Positions 53,631 through 63,455 of a stretch of 64,000 bases of DNA are shown here, piece by piece. Location: contig CBDANQ010000015.1 in assembly GCA_965197725.1 (NCBI GenBank), positions 11,175 to 75,174 on the forward strand, written 5' to 3'. Under the pieces are notes generated by a model that was not told the origin of the DNA, searched no databases, and saw nothing but the letters and a program-made list of their open reading frames with translations. Numbering within the stretch: position 1 is the stretch's first letter; the number at the start of each line of letters is the position of its first letter. The position numbers were made by a program, and so were the translations under genes. The DNA is from Longimicrobiales bacterium. Its GTDB lineage: Bacteria; Gemmatimonadota; Gemmatimonadetes; Longimicrobiales; Gaopeijiaceae.

Positions 53631-53670
53631 AGACAAGGTGCTCGGGCGCACCAAGGGCGAACGTCGCGCC

Positions 53671-53716
53671 AAAAAAAAGCAAACGCCCCGGTGAGTACGC
53701 GGACCCGCCGGGGCGT
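53671..53716 (-). terminator. Rho-independent terminator ending the pil operon
   Basis: Minus strand ACGCCCCGG...CCGGGGCGT hairpin followed by TTGCTTTTTTTT. Confidence 0.8.
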
Positions 53717-53763
53717 CCCCAGCAGCCCGTGGCAGAAGTACAGCGGGCCGCGTTACGGTCGCT

Positions 53764-55341
53764 TCAATTCCGGGAGGCGTGATCCCGAAGGATGTCGCTC
53801 TTGCGCACGTCGATCACGACCACGCCGCCGACGTCCGTGGTACCGTACAGCTTGAGCACCACGCAGCGGTCTTCGCTGCCGCCCGCACCACCGTCTGCCG
53901 GCCATGGGCTGTTGAGATCCCCACCCTGGAAGATCTCGGTCGCGGAGCCGATGACGCGACCCGTTTGATCCGTCACCGTGGTCGCAGCGCACTGGAACGG
54001 CGTACCCGAGGGCTCCTGGTTGTCCTCCGGGAACGGGAGCGACGCCCGCAACGGACCCGAGATGACGTCTCGGATGAAGATGCTCCCGGTGCGGTTGAAA
54101 TGGAACGTGTCGTAAACGTCGATGGTGTGCACACCGCTCCCCACGAACGCGAGGTGCGTGTCCGGACGGTACTCTCCGCTGGAGTTGGTGAGCGAGCGAG
54201 CATTCGCGTGCAGTGGATGGAGGACCGCGCCCGAGCCACCCTGCTGTTGCTCTCGCGGACCACCCTGTAACCTCAGGTCGGTGGTGAAGAACGAGACCTG
54301 GTTCGTGCCACGTACCACACCCAGGGTCCCGTCGTAGTTGAGGCCGATGCCGTTCACGGTCTCACCGGCGTTGGTGATGAGGTCCGTGACCTCGATGAAG
54401 CGGCTGATGGCGTCCGTGGCGGTCTCGTACATGATCACGCGGCCGATCGGGTCGATCGCGCCCTCGCCGAACACCACCCAACCGCCATCACCCGAAGCCG
54501 CCACGAAGGTCGTGTCGGTGAATCCGACGTTCTCGATGTTCCATCTACTCCCTGTGACCGCATAGACGTCCGACGTGGTATTCGCAATGAGGTCCGCGAT
54601 CGCCAGGTCCAGTGCGTCGGTTATGCTCGTGATCGGCATCGTGATGTCACCCGGAACGTGATCAGTGATCGTCACCTGGTCGTCACCACCCGCGTTGCTC
54701 ACGACGATGTTGTCCACGTGCGCGAGCGCGGTGAAGTCCTCGTTATCGTTCAGGCGCGCGTGCTCCACAAAAATCACGACCTCGGGCTGGATACCGCCCG
54801 TGGGCTGGAAGGCCTTTCTGATCGTGCCGACCTGCTGGAGCGTGGGCACGACCTTCGTCGAGTACAGGGAGCGGCCGGTCGAATCGCGAGCGATGTACTG
54901 AGGCCGATCGGAGAAGCTCACCCCGTCGGGGTCGGGCAGTACGCTGACGGTGAAGCGGATGACGCCGGTCTCGTCAATCACGCGCTCAACGTCGAACAGG
55001 ATGACGTCCGGTGTCAGGAAGCGACGCGACGCATCTTCCGCGGCGGGCCCGAGTCCATCATCGGGTCCGAGGTAGACCATCGAGAGGTTGGTTCCTCCGG
55101 AGTTCCCCACGATCAGTGTGTCGCCACACCCCGCGGCCGGACTGAGGGGCGCGCACGCGTTCAACGTGAGGCCCCAGGGCTCAGAGCCCACCTGAATCGA
55201 GGTCAGGAATTCCTCGTCTTGCAGACGGAAGACCTCGATGCGATCGCGGTCTAGGTTGGAGAGCAGCAGGTTGCGACGCAGCGTGTCCACGACGGCGTCC
55301 AAGATCGTGCCGCCGGAGGGAAGCAGGACCGTCGAGCCCGC
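53764..55341 (-). pseudogene. C-terminal part of a beta-propeller-like (YncE/YVTN-like) protein, fused in frame to the pilQ 3' end
   Basis: After the secretin end motif RDLIILV the frame continues with unrelated beta-rich repeats: NLLLSNLDRDRIEVF, IQVGSEPWGL, LIVGNSGGTNLSMV and LAFVGSGVHTIDVYDT. Confidence 0.6.
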
Positions 55342-56590
55342 CACGAGGATGATCAGATCACGCTGGAACTCCTGCTCCCGCGTCACGCGAAAGAGCCGTC
55401 CGATGAGGGGCAAGTCCATCAAGAGCGGGATGCCAGAGCGCGCTTCGGTACGCTCCCTCTGAGTAAGTCCCGCGATAACGTGGGTCTCACCGTCCGCGAG
55501 GAGCACACGCGTCTGGGCGCGCTGCGTGCGGAAAATGAAGCCCGCGTCGGACTCCGCGAGCTCCGCCGCCGAGCGCTCGGCTTCGACTTCCAGCAGAATG
55601 CGGCCAGTGGCCGTCACGTGAGGCGTCACCCTGAGGATGATACCCGTCTCTTGCTGATCCACTTGAGCGACCGGGAACGTCCCCTCTCCGGCGCCGCCGA
55701 CGCCGGCCTCGATCGTACGGATCGGGGTGAGCTCACCGACGAGGAGCTCGGCCGGTTGGTTGTCCAGCGTAGTGATCTGGGGCTCGGCCTCGATGTCACT
55801 GAGGTTCACCGACTGTAGCGCGTCGATGAAGCTGACGAGCTGGTGCCGGCCCACGACCAGCGAGGCCAGCAACCGGAGCGTCGGGCTGCCGACCGCGGCG
55901 CCGGCGTTTCCGAGCGCGGCGATGGAGTTCCCGCCGAGCGCCACCACCGATTGTCTCGAGCACACCGTCGCCGTCGAGGTCAGCCAAACCCTCGGACAGC
56001 TGGTTGAACTGGTTGCCCCGAGAGTCCTTGACCTCGTAGGTGACGCCGAACTCCGCGAGGTCCGTCCGGTTCACGAAGATGATCTTCGCGGAAATCGAGA
56101 CCTGAGGAGTTTCGACATCGAGCTCAATGAGCAGCTGGGCCACTGCCTCCTGGACACGCTCGATGTTCGACACGACGACTGTATTCGTGCCCTGTGCGAC
56201 AGTTATCTGGCCTCGCTCCGTTAGCAGCGGAGTGAGGGCCACCGACACTTCGCCGGCGGTCGCGAAGTTGACCGGATACGCGACCGTCAGGAGGCGCTCG
56301 ACCTGCTCCGCGGCGTCCAGGTCGGCGACGTTGCTGACCCGGATGATCCCATTCTCGTCCTCCTGGGCCACCAGGCCATTGGAGAAGAGGATCGCGTCGA
56401 GCGCGACGTCCCAGGGCTGACCGTTGATCAGGCGGTGGGGTCCTTCCATGAGGAAATCGCGAAACTCGACGTCTCCGTCGATCGCGATAAGGACGCTCGT
56501 CTGTTCGTTCATCGGAGTGATCGACACCTCCGTGACGGGCCCTCCGAAGAAAAGGAGCGCGCCCGCCCACAGGGCGAACATCGAGGTCAT
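55342..56590 (-). pseudogene. pilQ: Type IV pilus secretin PilQ (internally deleted, frameshifted)
   Basis: The AMIN-like start jumps directly to N0 QPWDVALDAIL. PQVSISAKIIFV is followed by a frameshift at about 55950. The secretin core EPQITTLDNQPA, GIILRVTPHV and GIPLLMDLPLIGRLF is in a second frame. Confidence 0.85.
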
Positions 56591-57063
56591 TGGTTGCCTC
56601 CAGGGACGTTTAGGAGCCGCATGGTCTTGCGATCCATGATGCCGAATTCTTCGACGTCCACCTCGATCGACTCGTGACCGATCTCGACGACGGTGGGGGT
56701 GCCGATGGTCTGGCCAACCTTGAGGTAGTACGAGTCGCCGATGTTAGCCGTAATAGTGCCGTCCTCCGCGATGGTGGCGATGCTCGTGCTGAGCGTGGCG
56801 ACGCTGCGGCCCGGGATCTCAGAGTATATGATCCCCGACAGGCGCAACCGTTCGTGTCGCGGACCGCCAGTGTCCGTCGCGAGCAGCGGCCGGAAGGGAT
56901 TCAGGCGCTCGAATGACGGGTAGACAAAGATCTCACGCTCGAACGTCAACTCGGTCTCCGCGGGAGGTCCCGTAGGTGGAGGAGGATCCTGCGCCGTCGC
57001 CGCTTGGGGCCACAGGATGAGCGCGCCTACGAGCAGCACCGCGGGGGAGGATCGTTGCATCAT
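56587..57063 (-). CDS. PilP-like pilus assembly protein
   Basis: Signal peptide, RLNPFRP, LRLSGII and YYLKVGQTIG; lies between pilO and pilQ. Confidence 0.7.
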   Translation of the reverse strand: MMQRSSPAVLLVGALILWPQAATAQDPPPPTGPPAETELTFEREIFVYPSFERLNPFRPLLATDTGGPRHERLRLSGIIYSEIPGRSVATLSTSIATIAEDGTITANIGDSYYLKVGQTIGTPTVVEIGHESIEVDVEEFGIMDRKTMRLLNVPGGNQ

Positions 57064-57674
57064 CAGCCTCCGGAGATGTCAGCTGCCGGCGGAGCCGCAG
57101 GCCGATCTGGGACGACATACGTCTCGATGCGAAACGTCACGATCACCGGCACCACCATGTCCGGGTAGCGTCCTGCCTGGTCATACAGCTGAACGTCGAC
57201 CTCGACCGGCGTGACGATTCGAGACAAGCTGGCGACACCGGTCAGGAACCGACCCACGTCGTGGTACTCGCCTACCACCGCCATGTCGTAGGACGTCTTG
57301 TCGTAGAACGCGCCGGCCTCGGCCGGCTCCGGTACCATGCGGTCGATACGGACGTCGGTAAGCCTCCCCACGTTGCTGATGTCGTTCGCGAGGGTGCCTA
57401 CCTCTTCCGCTGCCGGGATCAACTCCTCGAGCTTCTGCACGTGACGCTCGTAGATGCGGTTCCGCTCCTCCAACTCACCGCCCCCACGAGCCGCCTGAAC
57501 GCGAGCGCGGCGGGTCTGGTCGTCGAGCGTCTCGACGTGTGCCAAAACCTCTGCGTTGGCGGCCTCGACAGGGGCTAGCAAGTACATGCGGAAGGGCACG
57601 ATCGCTACGAGGAACGCGATGCTTCCGAGCATCCAGTTGCGCTGCTTCGGATCGGTTGGGTTGTACCAAGCCAT
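57063..57674 (-). CDS. pilO: Type IV pilus assembly protein PilO
   Basis: TM segment, coiled coil, LIPAAEEV, FY, VVGEYHDVGRFLTGVASLSRIV and TY. Confidence 0.88.
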   Translation of the reverse strand: MAWYNPTDPKQRNWMLGSIAFLVAIVPFRMYLLAPVEAANAEVLAHVETLDDQTRRARVQAARGGGELEERNRIYERHVQKLEELIPAAEEVGTLANDISNVGRLTDVRIDRMVPEPAEAGAFYDKTSYDMAVVGEYHDVGRFLTGVASLSRIVTPVEVDVQLYDQAGRYPDMVVPVIVTFRIETYVVPDRPAAPPAADISGG

Positions 57675-57677
57675 TCG

Positions 57678-58358
57678 TCAATTCCCCCCAGTGCTGTCCG
57701 GAGCGGCCTCCTGCGCCACGCCGGTCTGGTCGTCGAAGAGTGGCACCGTCTCGAGTTCGTCGAGCGGCGGGTTTTCGTAGGTGGCGACCAGTTCGAATTC
57801 TATAGATCACATCTCCCGGATTCTCCTCAGACGTCGTCTGCTGCATCAGCTCCGGACTCACTCGGCGCAGGAACGGAGAGGCCTCGAGGTTCGCCATATG
57901 ATCGCCGGAATGCCGCCCGCGCGACCGTTGATGCGGACCTCCAGCGGGTCCTGGCCGACGTACAGGACCTGTCTGAGCCATGTGTACTCCGGAACGGCGC
58001 GCGCGACCTCGTGAAGAAGGTGCGGCCACGTGTAACGATCGACATCGATTTCCTGAATGATCGCGACACGCTGAGCGATGGAATCACCTCGCGCGATGAG
58101 TTCGTTGGCGCGCGCGATCTGGTCCGAAAAGCGGGTCGAGTCCTGTAGGCCTTCCGTGAGCCGCACGCCCAGATTCTCGGACTCGCCGCCGGCGCCGAAG
58201 TAGGCGTAACCCATGTAACCGAGAGCGATGATCCCGGCCGCGACACACCAGAGGATGTAGCGGTCCGGCATCCCTCCGGTAGGAAGCCCGGGCAGCCTGA
58301 ACTGGAGGCGGCGCGAGCGCCCCTTCTTGCCGCCGGGTAGTAGATTGACTTCGATCAC
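57678..58358 (-). pseudogene. pilN: Type IV pilus assembly protein PilN (two frameshifts)
   Basis: MIEVNLLP and WPHLLHEVARAVPEYTWL in frame 1, MANLEASPF in frame 2 (about 57898), FELVATYENPPLDELETVPLF in frame 3 (about 57803) to TGA 57678. Confidence 0.82.
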
Positions 58359-58379
58359 GGCTCAGCCGGTCCTCATCAT

Positions 58380-59415
58380 CTAGACGCGCAGTGCCAGCCC
58401 GAGCGGCAACAGCAGCATCGGGGCGGCCTCGTCGATGGACACGTCACTCGCCGCGTCCGGGTGAACCGGGACTCGTTCGAACGGGTTGACCAGCTCCGTT
58501 TCCACGTTCATGCGCGTGCCGAGCGCCTCAACCATCCCGGGAGTGCGGGCACCGCCACCACTCAGGAAGATGCGCCCGATGGTCTCGCCGTCCTCACGGG
58601 TCATGAGGAATGCACTTGCACGTTCGATGCCAACCGCCACTTCGTCGGCGGAGGTCGCGACGATCTGCTCCAGGTTCTCGACGGGTTCCTTAGCCTTGCA
58701 CCACATCTTCGGCCTGCTCGGCAGTCAGCCCCCGCTCACGCTGGAGGTCCTCCCGGATCTTGCGCGAACCGAAAGGAATGTCGCGCGTCAGGATCGGCAC
58801 GCCGTTCTCGAGGATGTTCACGTTCGTCGTCTCATGGCCGACGTTGACGAGGGCGATGATGCCATCCAGGGCATCCGGATAGTTGTGCTCGAAGGCGTTG
58901 TGGAGTGCGAAAGCGTCAATGTCGATGACAACGGGGTTCACACCCGCATCCTGCAGCAATCCAACCTTGTTGTCCACCAACTCCCGCTTGACCGCGACGA
59001 GCAACACGTCCATCTGAAGCCCATCTTCGTGAGGGTTCAGAATCTGGAAGTCCAGCTCGACGCTGCTGATGTCGAAGGGTACGTGCTGCTCCGCTTCCCA
59101 CCGGATCACCTCGCGAGCGTCCGACTCCTTCATCCGATCCATCTCGATCTTCTTGATGATGACGTCATGGCCACCCACAGCGGTCACGACTTCGGCACCC
59201 TTGAGGCCGAGTTCCTGGAAGAGTCCCATGACGGCATCGGATACGAGACCGTAGTCCATGATCTCCCCTTCCACGATCGCGTCGGGAAGCAGCGGGCACA
59301 TGGCTACGCGCGTCACTTCGGGTTGCTCACCCGAGTGATCGACCTCCACGAGCTTCACGAACCCGGATCCGATGTCCAGCCCGATGGAAGATCGCTTTCG
59401 TCCAAAGAGCGCCAT
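58380..59415 (-). pseudogene. pilM: Type IV pilus assembly protein PilM (single-base insertion giving a premature TAA)
   Basis: IGLDIGSGFVKLV, WEAEQHVPF and VNVGHETTN, then CAA-GGC-T-AAG-GAA at about 58692. The rest (IFLSGGGA, NPF, LGLALR) is in another frame. Confidence 0.88.
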
Positions 59416-59470
59416 GCGGTGCCTTTGCGGAGAGAGATTGGAAACAAATTTTTGCGAGAATGCTAGGTTC

Positions 59471-59538
59471 AGCTTACCACCGAAAGTTAAGTCTTGTCAA
59501 GAATAATGTGCCGATTGAGCTTACCCAAAGTTTGGTAA
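59471..59538 (-). promoter_or_regulatory. Sigma-70 promoter of the pilM operon with an upstream inverted repeat
   Basis: Minus strand TTGACA (59500-59495)-N18-TAAGCT (59476-59471) with TG extension. TTACC-N8-GGTAA palindrome at 59521-59538. Confidence 0.6.
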
Positions 59539-59619
59539 ACATTTGGCGTCAACCATCCGTCGTTGAGCGCCGGCGACTCCGGTCGGGCCTGCGCGCCACT
59601 CGACGCGACCGAGGGCTGC

Positions 59620-60695
59620 CTAGCGCGGTCCCAGGGATCGAGGACCACGGATTGGAACCGGTCTGGTGAGATCCGAAGACTCGAGAGCGGCTGCAGCCCA
59701 GCATGTCGACCCGACGATCGACGCGCCGGCTTCGACGCGCGCGCCGCCGGCCGAACGGACCAAGCCGCGCACGGTGGCCGCGCCACGAAGCGTGAGCCGA
59801 CCACTCACGATGATCAGCCCGTTGAACTGCGTGTCGAGCAGGTCGGCATCTCCCGTGACCACGAGCAAGCCCTGGCCCGCACCACCTACCGTGGCGAGGT
59901 CACCCTCCGCGAAGATCGTCACGAAGTGGTGCCCGCAGGGCGCAGGGGCTGGTCGGACGATCGGGGTCACCCCAGTTCCAAGCGTCCTCGGTGACGCAGA
60001 CACCGCCCCGTTCCTGTGGCTCCGGCGTGCCGGTCTCAGCGACGTGGACCTGAAATCCGGGCGCGTAGCGAGTCGATGTCCAAGGCACCCAGGGCCGATA
60101 CGACGTCAGGAGCCTCGGTTGTCGTGGGCGGAAGCGTACCGGTCGTGATGAACGAGTCCAAAGCCGCGCTCCACGGCTCGCAGCGGTCGGGCCGCTCTGG
60201 CGTCAGAGACCGGTTCACGCGGCTGCCGTCGATCGTTCCATCGACTCGAACTAGGCTCCCCTCCCCGTAGACCAGGACGGCGCCCGTCGCTGCCACGCGG
60301 GCGACCGGATCGAGGATCCATATAGGCCGCGAAGCCGTCGCTGGCGCCGCCTGACCCCGCTTGCCCCACCCCTCGGCCAGCCACACCTCGCGAGAGAGGC
60401 GCCGGATCGATCGCGAGTAGCGCGCGTCGAGTACGGTGCCGCTGGCGGAGTCGGTCGACTGCCACAGCCGAGTCGAGGCGCGTCCGCTTCGCACATCCAG
60501 TCCGAGTGCCGTGTTCACCGCGGCTTCTGCGGCCAGGCGCGCTCCGAGCTGATCAACCCCCGCCCGGGCCGCGAGATACTCGAATCGAGCGAGGAGCAGC
60601 AGGCCGTGCGCAACCGCGGTGATCGCCATCATGACCAGCACGACGATGATCAGAGCTGCGCCCCCCTGGCCCGAGCGGTCAGTGCACGTCAGCAA
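59620..60695 (-). pseudogene. PilX-like minor pilin / pilus assembly protein (frameshifted)
   Basis: N-terminal GAALIIVVLVMMAI prepilin-like segment. The body spans three frames, broken by an extra T at about 60054 and a 7-bp duplication at 59934-59947. Confidence 0.7.
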
Positions 60696-61389
60696 CGCCC
60701 GAAGCGGCGAGCTGGCCGAGCCAGTGCCATGCGCCGCCGTCCTGCAATCGAATCCACGCGAGCGCCAGGGACCCGCCTCTCTTCACGAAGCCGCTCGGCG
60801 GCGTGTCGAACACTTCCGGTGTCACGGGCTGCCGCCCGCCGCGGCCTCGGCGGTAACGGAGCGCAGCGCCGGACACGTGATACGAGCCGCGCTCGAACAG
60901 CCGGGCGAGCACGATCGACTCCTCCGGCGTGACCGAGAGCCGCCACCGCTCCAGGTCCGTTCGAGGGTCCGTGACACAACGGTCCGAGGTAGGCCGAACG
61001 CTCAACAGATCGGCTCGAACCCACGCCCCCCGCCCGGTCAGCAGCAGGACTGAGTCTTTCTCTGGCGCCGGAGCGCGCATTCCCGACCAGGCGACCATGA
61101 GATCAGGCGCCAGCGCCCCACCGGGACACACGACACCGACACCCCGGAACGCCCGAAGGCGAATCGAATCCGGAGCGAAGTCCACCCAGTCGATGCCTCG
61201 AACCCCGAATCGCAGCTCTCGACGCAACACGACTCGAGAGGCGCGCAACGCCGCAAGGGTCTCCGACCGCCGCGTCAGGCGGAGCTCGACCGACCGGACC
61301 CTGGCGAGCCCCGCGAGTGAGAGCTGGACTACCAGAAGCCCGCATATCAGCGCGACCAGGACCTCAGCGACCGTCGTCCCATTTCTCAC
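60679..61389 (-). CDS. PilW-like minor pilin
   Basis: MRNG/TTVAEVLVAL prepilin cleavage motif with E5. Confidence 0.7.
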   Translation of the reverse strand: MRNGTTVAEVLVALICGLLVVQLSLAGLARVRSVELRLTRRSETLAALRASRVVLRRELRFGVRGIDWVDFAPDSIRLRAFRGVGVVCPGGALAPDLMVAWSGMRAPAPEKDSVLLLTGRGAWVRADLLSVRPTSDRCVTDPRTDLERWRLSVTPEESIVLARLFERGSYHVSGAALRYRRGRGGRQPVTPEVFDTPPSGFVKRGGSLALAWIRLQDGGAWHWLGQLAASGVADVH

Positions 61390-61706
61390 GAATCCGTCAC
61401 GGGCACGACGCCAGCTACCCGTATCAAAACGCGCTCATCGCGACTGAACTGCACGGTGAAGCCACCGTCCGGCTCCACGCTCCAATGGATTCGGCCCCCG
61501 GCCACATCCTTGTACCCACGGCCGGAGGTCGCCCTCAGCGAGAGTGAGTCCGCGGTGCCCTCGACCGCCGACACGCCCCACTCGATCACCTCGGCCTCGG
61601 TCATCGTTGTCGATGCCACAACGACGATTCCTACGGCACCCAAGATCGCGACCTCGAGCACTACCAGCGCGACCACGACCTCGACCAACGAGAAGCCGGA
61701 CTTCAC
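61386..61706 (-). CDS. PilV-like minor pilin
   Basis: MKSG/FSLVEVVVALVVL class III signal peptide. Confidence 0.78.
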   Translation of the reverse strand: MKSGFSLVEVVVALVVLEVAILGAVGIVVVASTTMTEAEVIEWGVSAVEGTADSLSLRATSGRGYKDVAGGRIHWSVEPDGGFTVQFSRDERVLIRVAGVVPVTDS

Positions 61707-62136
61707 CGCCTCCGCACCCGTCCGTATCCGGAAACGACCAGTGACCGCTCCGCCTCCCCACGCCGGAAGGTGAGCGTCTCGCTCGCTACCCGTCCCAAAG
61801 ACAACGCATCATACGCGAGCCGGGTCTCAGTCCGTCCACGAGTGAGCTCGAGAGTGACGCCGAGGTCGCTGCCCAGCGAAAGAACGCGCACGACCGAATC
61901 GGCCTGGGTGACCCATGCCCGGAAGGGATCGCCTCCCAAGTGGACGATGATGCCCCCCTTTCCGAGTGCCCGAACACGGGCCTCGGCAATGAGGCCAACG
62001 AAACGACCGACTCGCGCGCCGCGACGACCGTAGACGAATCGCGGTACCTACGCGCGGCCGGTGTGAGAGACGCCACCGTCATCGCGAAGATGGTGACGAC
62101 CATGATCGTTTCGACGAGGCTGTATCCACGGGACAT
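61703..62136 (-). pseudogene. FimT/GspH-like minor pilin (frameshifted by a 5-bp duplication)
   Basis: MSRG/YSLVETIMVV. Removing one AACGA copy (61997-62006) joins ESVV to GLIAEARVRA...VVSGYGRVRRR. Confidence 0.78.
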
Positions 62137-62212
62137 GGACGCAAGCTCGCCGGGCGTCCGAGACGGCTACATGGTTGGATCGGCCCTTCGGGGATGGCAC
62201 ACGCCTCGAAGA

Positions 62213-62287
62213 CTACTCGACCCCGTACTCTTGGATCTTGTAGCGAAGCGCGCGCGGAGACAGCTCGAGCAGCTCGTCCTTGGTCAT
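62213..62287 (-). pseudogene. Remnant Fis-type HTH of a sigma-54 activator (PilR/AtoC-like C-terminus)
   Basis: ELLELSPRALRYKIQEYGVE-stop is a bEBP terminal HTH with no AAA domain upstream. Confidence 0.6.
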
Positions 62288-62505
62288 GATCAGGATCCGA
62301 CGTTGGGAAGTGGAGGCGGCCTCGATGGCGGCACCCACTGTACGGTCGAGGGAACAAGGAGGCCAGAAGATGCCGCGCGTCATGGCACTCACCTGGCCGC
62401 CCTGGGCCCTGACGAACAACGGCAAGAGAGTCAGGGGGCTGGCGGTCACCCAGAAGGCACACGAGGTTGAAAGCGTTACACAGCCCTAGGGGGCGGGGAG
62501 GAATC

Positions 62506-63141
62506 ATGTTACCGAAGAGATCTGGACAGATGTCGCCCGGAGTCCCGGCGCTGCTACTCACCCTCGCGTTTCTCGGCGTGGAGCTGGCTGCCGCCAGCCC
62601 GGGTGCGGCCCAGGCGATCGGGGGGCGACGGGTACTCACCCACGCGATTGAAAGGCGCATCGACACAATCAGCCCAACCAGTGGACCACCGGGCACTTTG
62701 GTACGCGTCGAGACCGAGGATATGCCAGTCATCACGCCGATTCGGGTCGGGATCGGGGCGATGCGCACTGGTTTCGAGGCGTTCGACGAGCTCCTGACGG
62801 GTCAGGAGGGCGAGTTCGCCGTGTCGGTAGAGATCCCGCAGTGGGCAGCGTGGGATCGTGTGCATCGCTTCATCGTCTTTGACATCTATTTCCAACCCAT
62901 CGCGCTGTCGGACTACTTCCACGTGACGAACTATGAAGGCCTGGTACGTCGAGAGGGGTCGATCCGCCGCCTGACAGGCGAGTGTGCCGAGCTCGAGGAC
63001 ACCGAAGGTCTCCAGTACGCGCTTCTGGACCTCCCGGCCGGAGAATTCGACCCTGAGGAGCGCATGATCGTCGAAGGGCGGATCACCGAGGGCGCAGCCT
63101 GCGGGATACCGATGGGAATCGAGGTGGTGAGGGTCAGGTAG
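62506..63141 (+). CDS. Secreted hypothetical protein
   Basis: Hydrophobic signal ALLLTLAFLGVELAAA, Ig-like ISPTSGPPGT, and a C-terminal Cys-paired beta domain. GGGGAGG RBS before ATG 62506. Confidence 0.7.
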   Translation: MLPKRSGQMSPGVPALLLTLAFLGVELAAASPGAAQAIGGRRVLTHAIERRIDTISPTSGPPGTLVRVETEDMPVITPIRVGIGAMRTGFEAFDELLTGQEGEFAVSVEIPQWAAWDRVHRFIVFDIYFQPIALSDYFHVTNYEGLVRREGSIRRLTGECAELEDTEGLQYALLDLPAGEFDPEERMIVEGRITEGAACGIPMGIEVVRVR

Positions 63142-63224
63142 CGAGACTCATAGCCGGACAGAAGGGTTCTGTCTGCTATCAGGCTAAGGGTCGCCAAGCT
63201 CAAGCCGATGAGGCGACGAGCCTG

Positions 63225-63455
63225 GTCGTCACCCACCCAACCCCTATCCGACTCGAAGAGCTTCACCGAATCGTAGCCTCGCCGTCCTTGAAGACGATCG
63301 TCATCCGCCGGAAAGCGCCCGGGTCGCTGGCGGGATCGCCCCCCATGAGCACGAGGTCTGCTCGCTTTCCGACCCCTCGACCGTGCCGATCTCGTCCTCC
63401 ATCTCGAGGTAGATCGCCCCGTTTCGAGTGGCAACCTCAACGGCTTGCTCGGCAT
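63225..63455 (-). pseudogene. C-terminal fragment of an amidohydrolase-family protein
   Basis: Joining three frames gives AEQAVEVATRNGAIYLEMEDEIGTVE/VGKRADLVLMGGDPASDPGAFRRMTIVFKDG/GYDSVKLFES. The 5' part is missing. Confidence 0.75.

Noticed and set aside
58686..58696. Stop-codon read-through or programmed frameshift in pilM (and in topA)
   Set aside because: The downstream half is in a different frame and there is no slippery heptamer. A plain insertion explains it.
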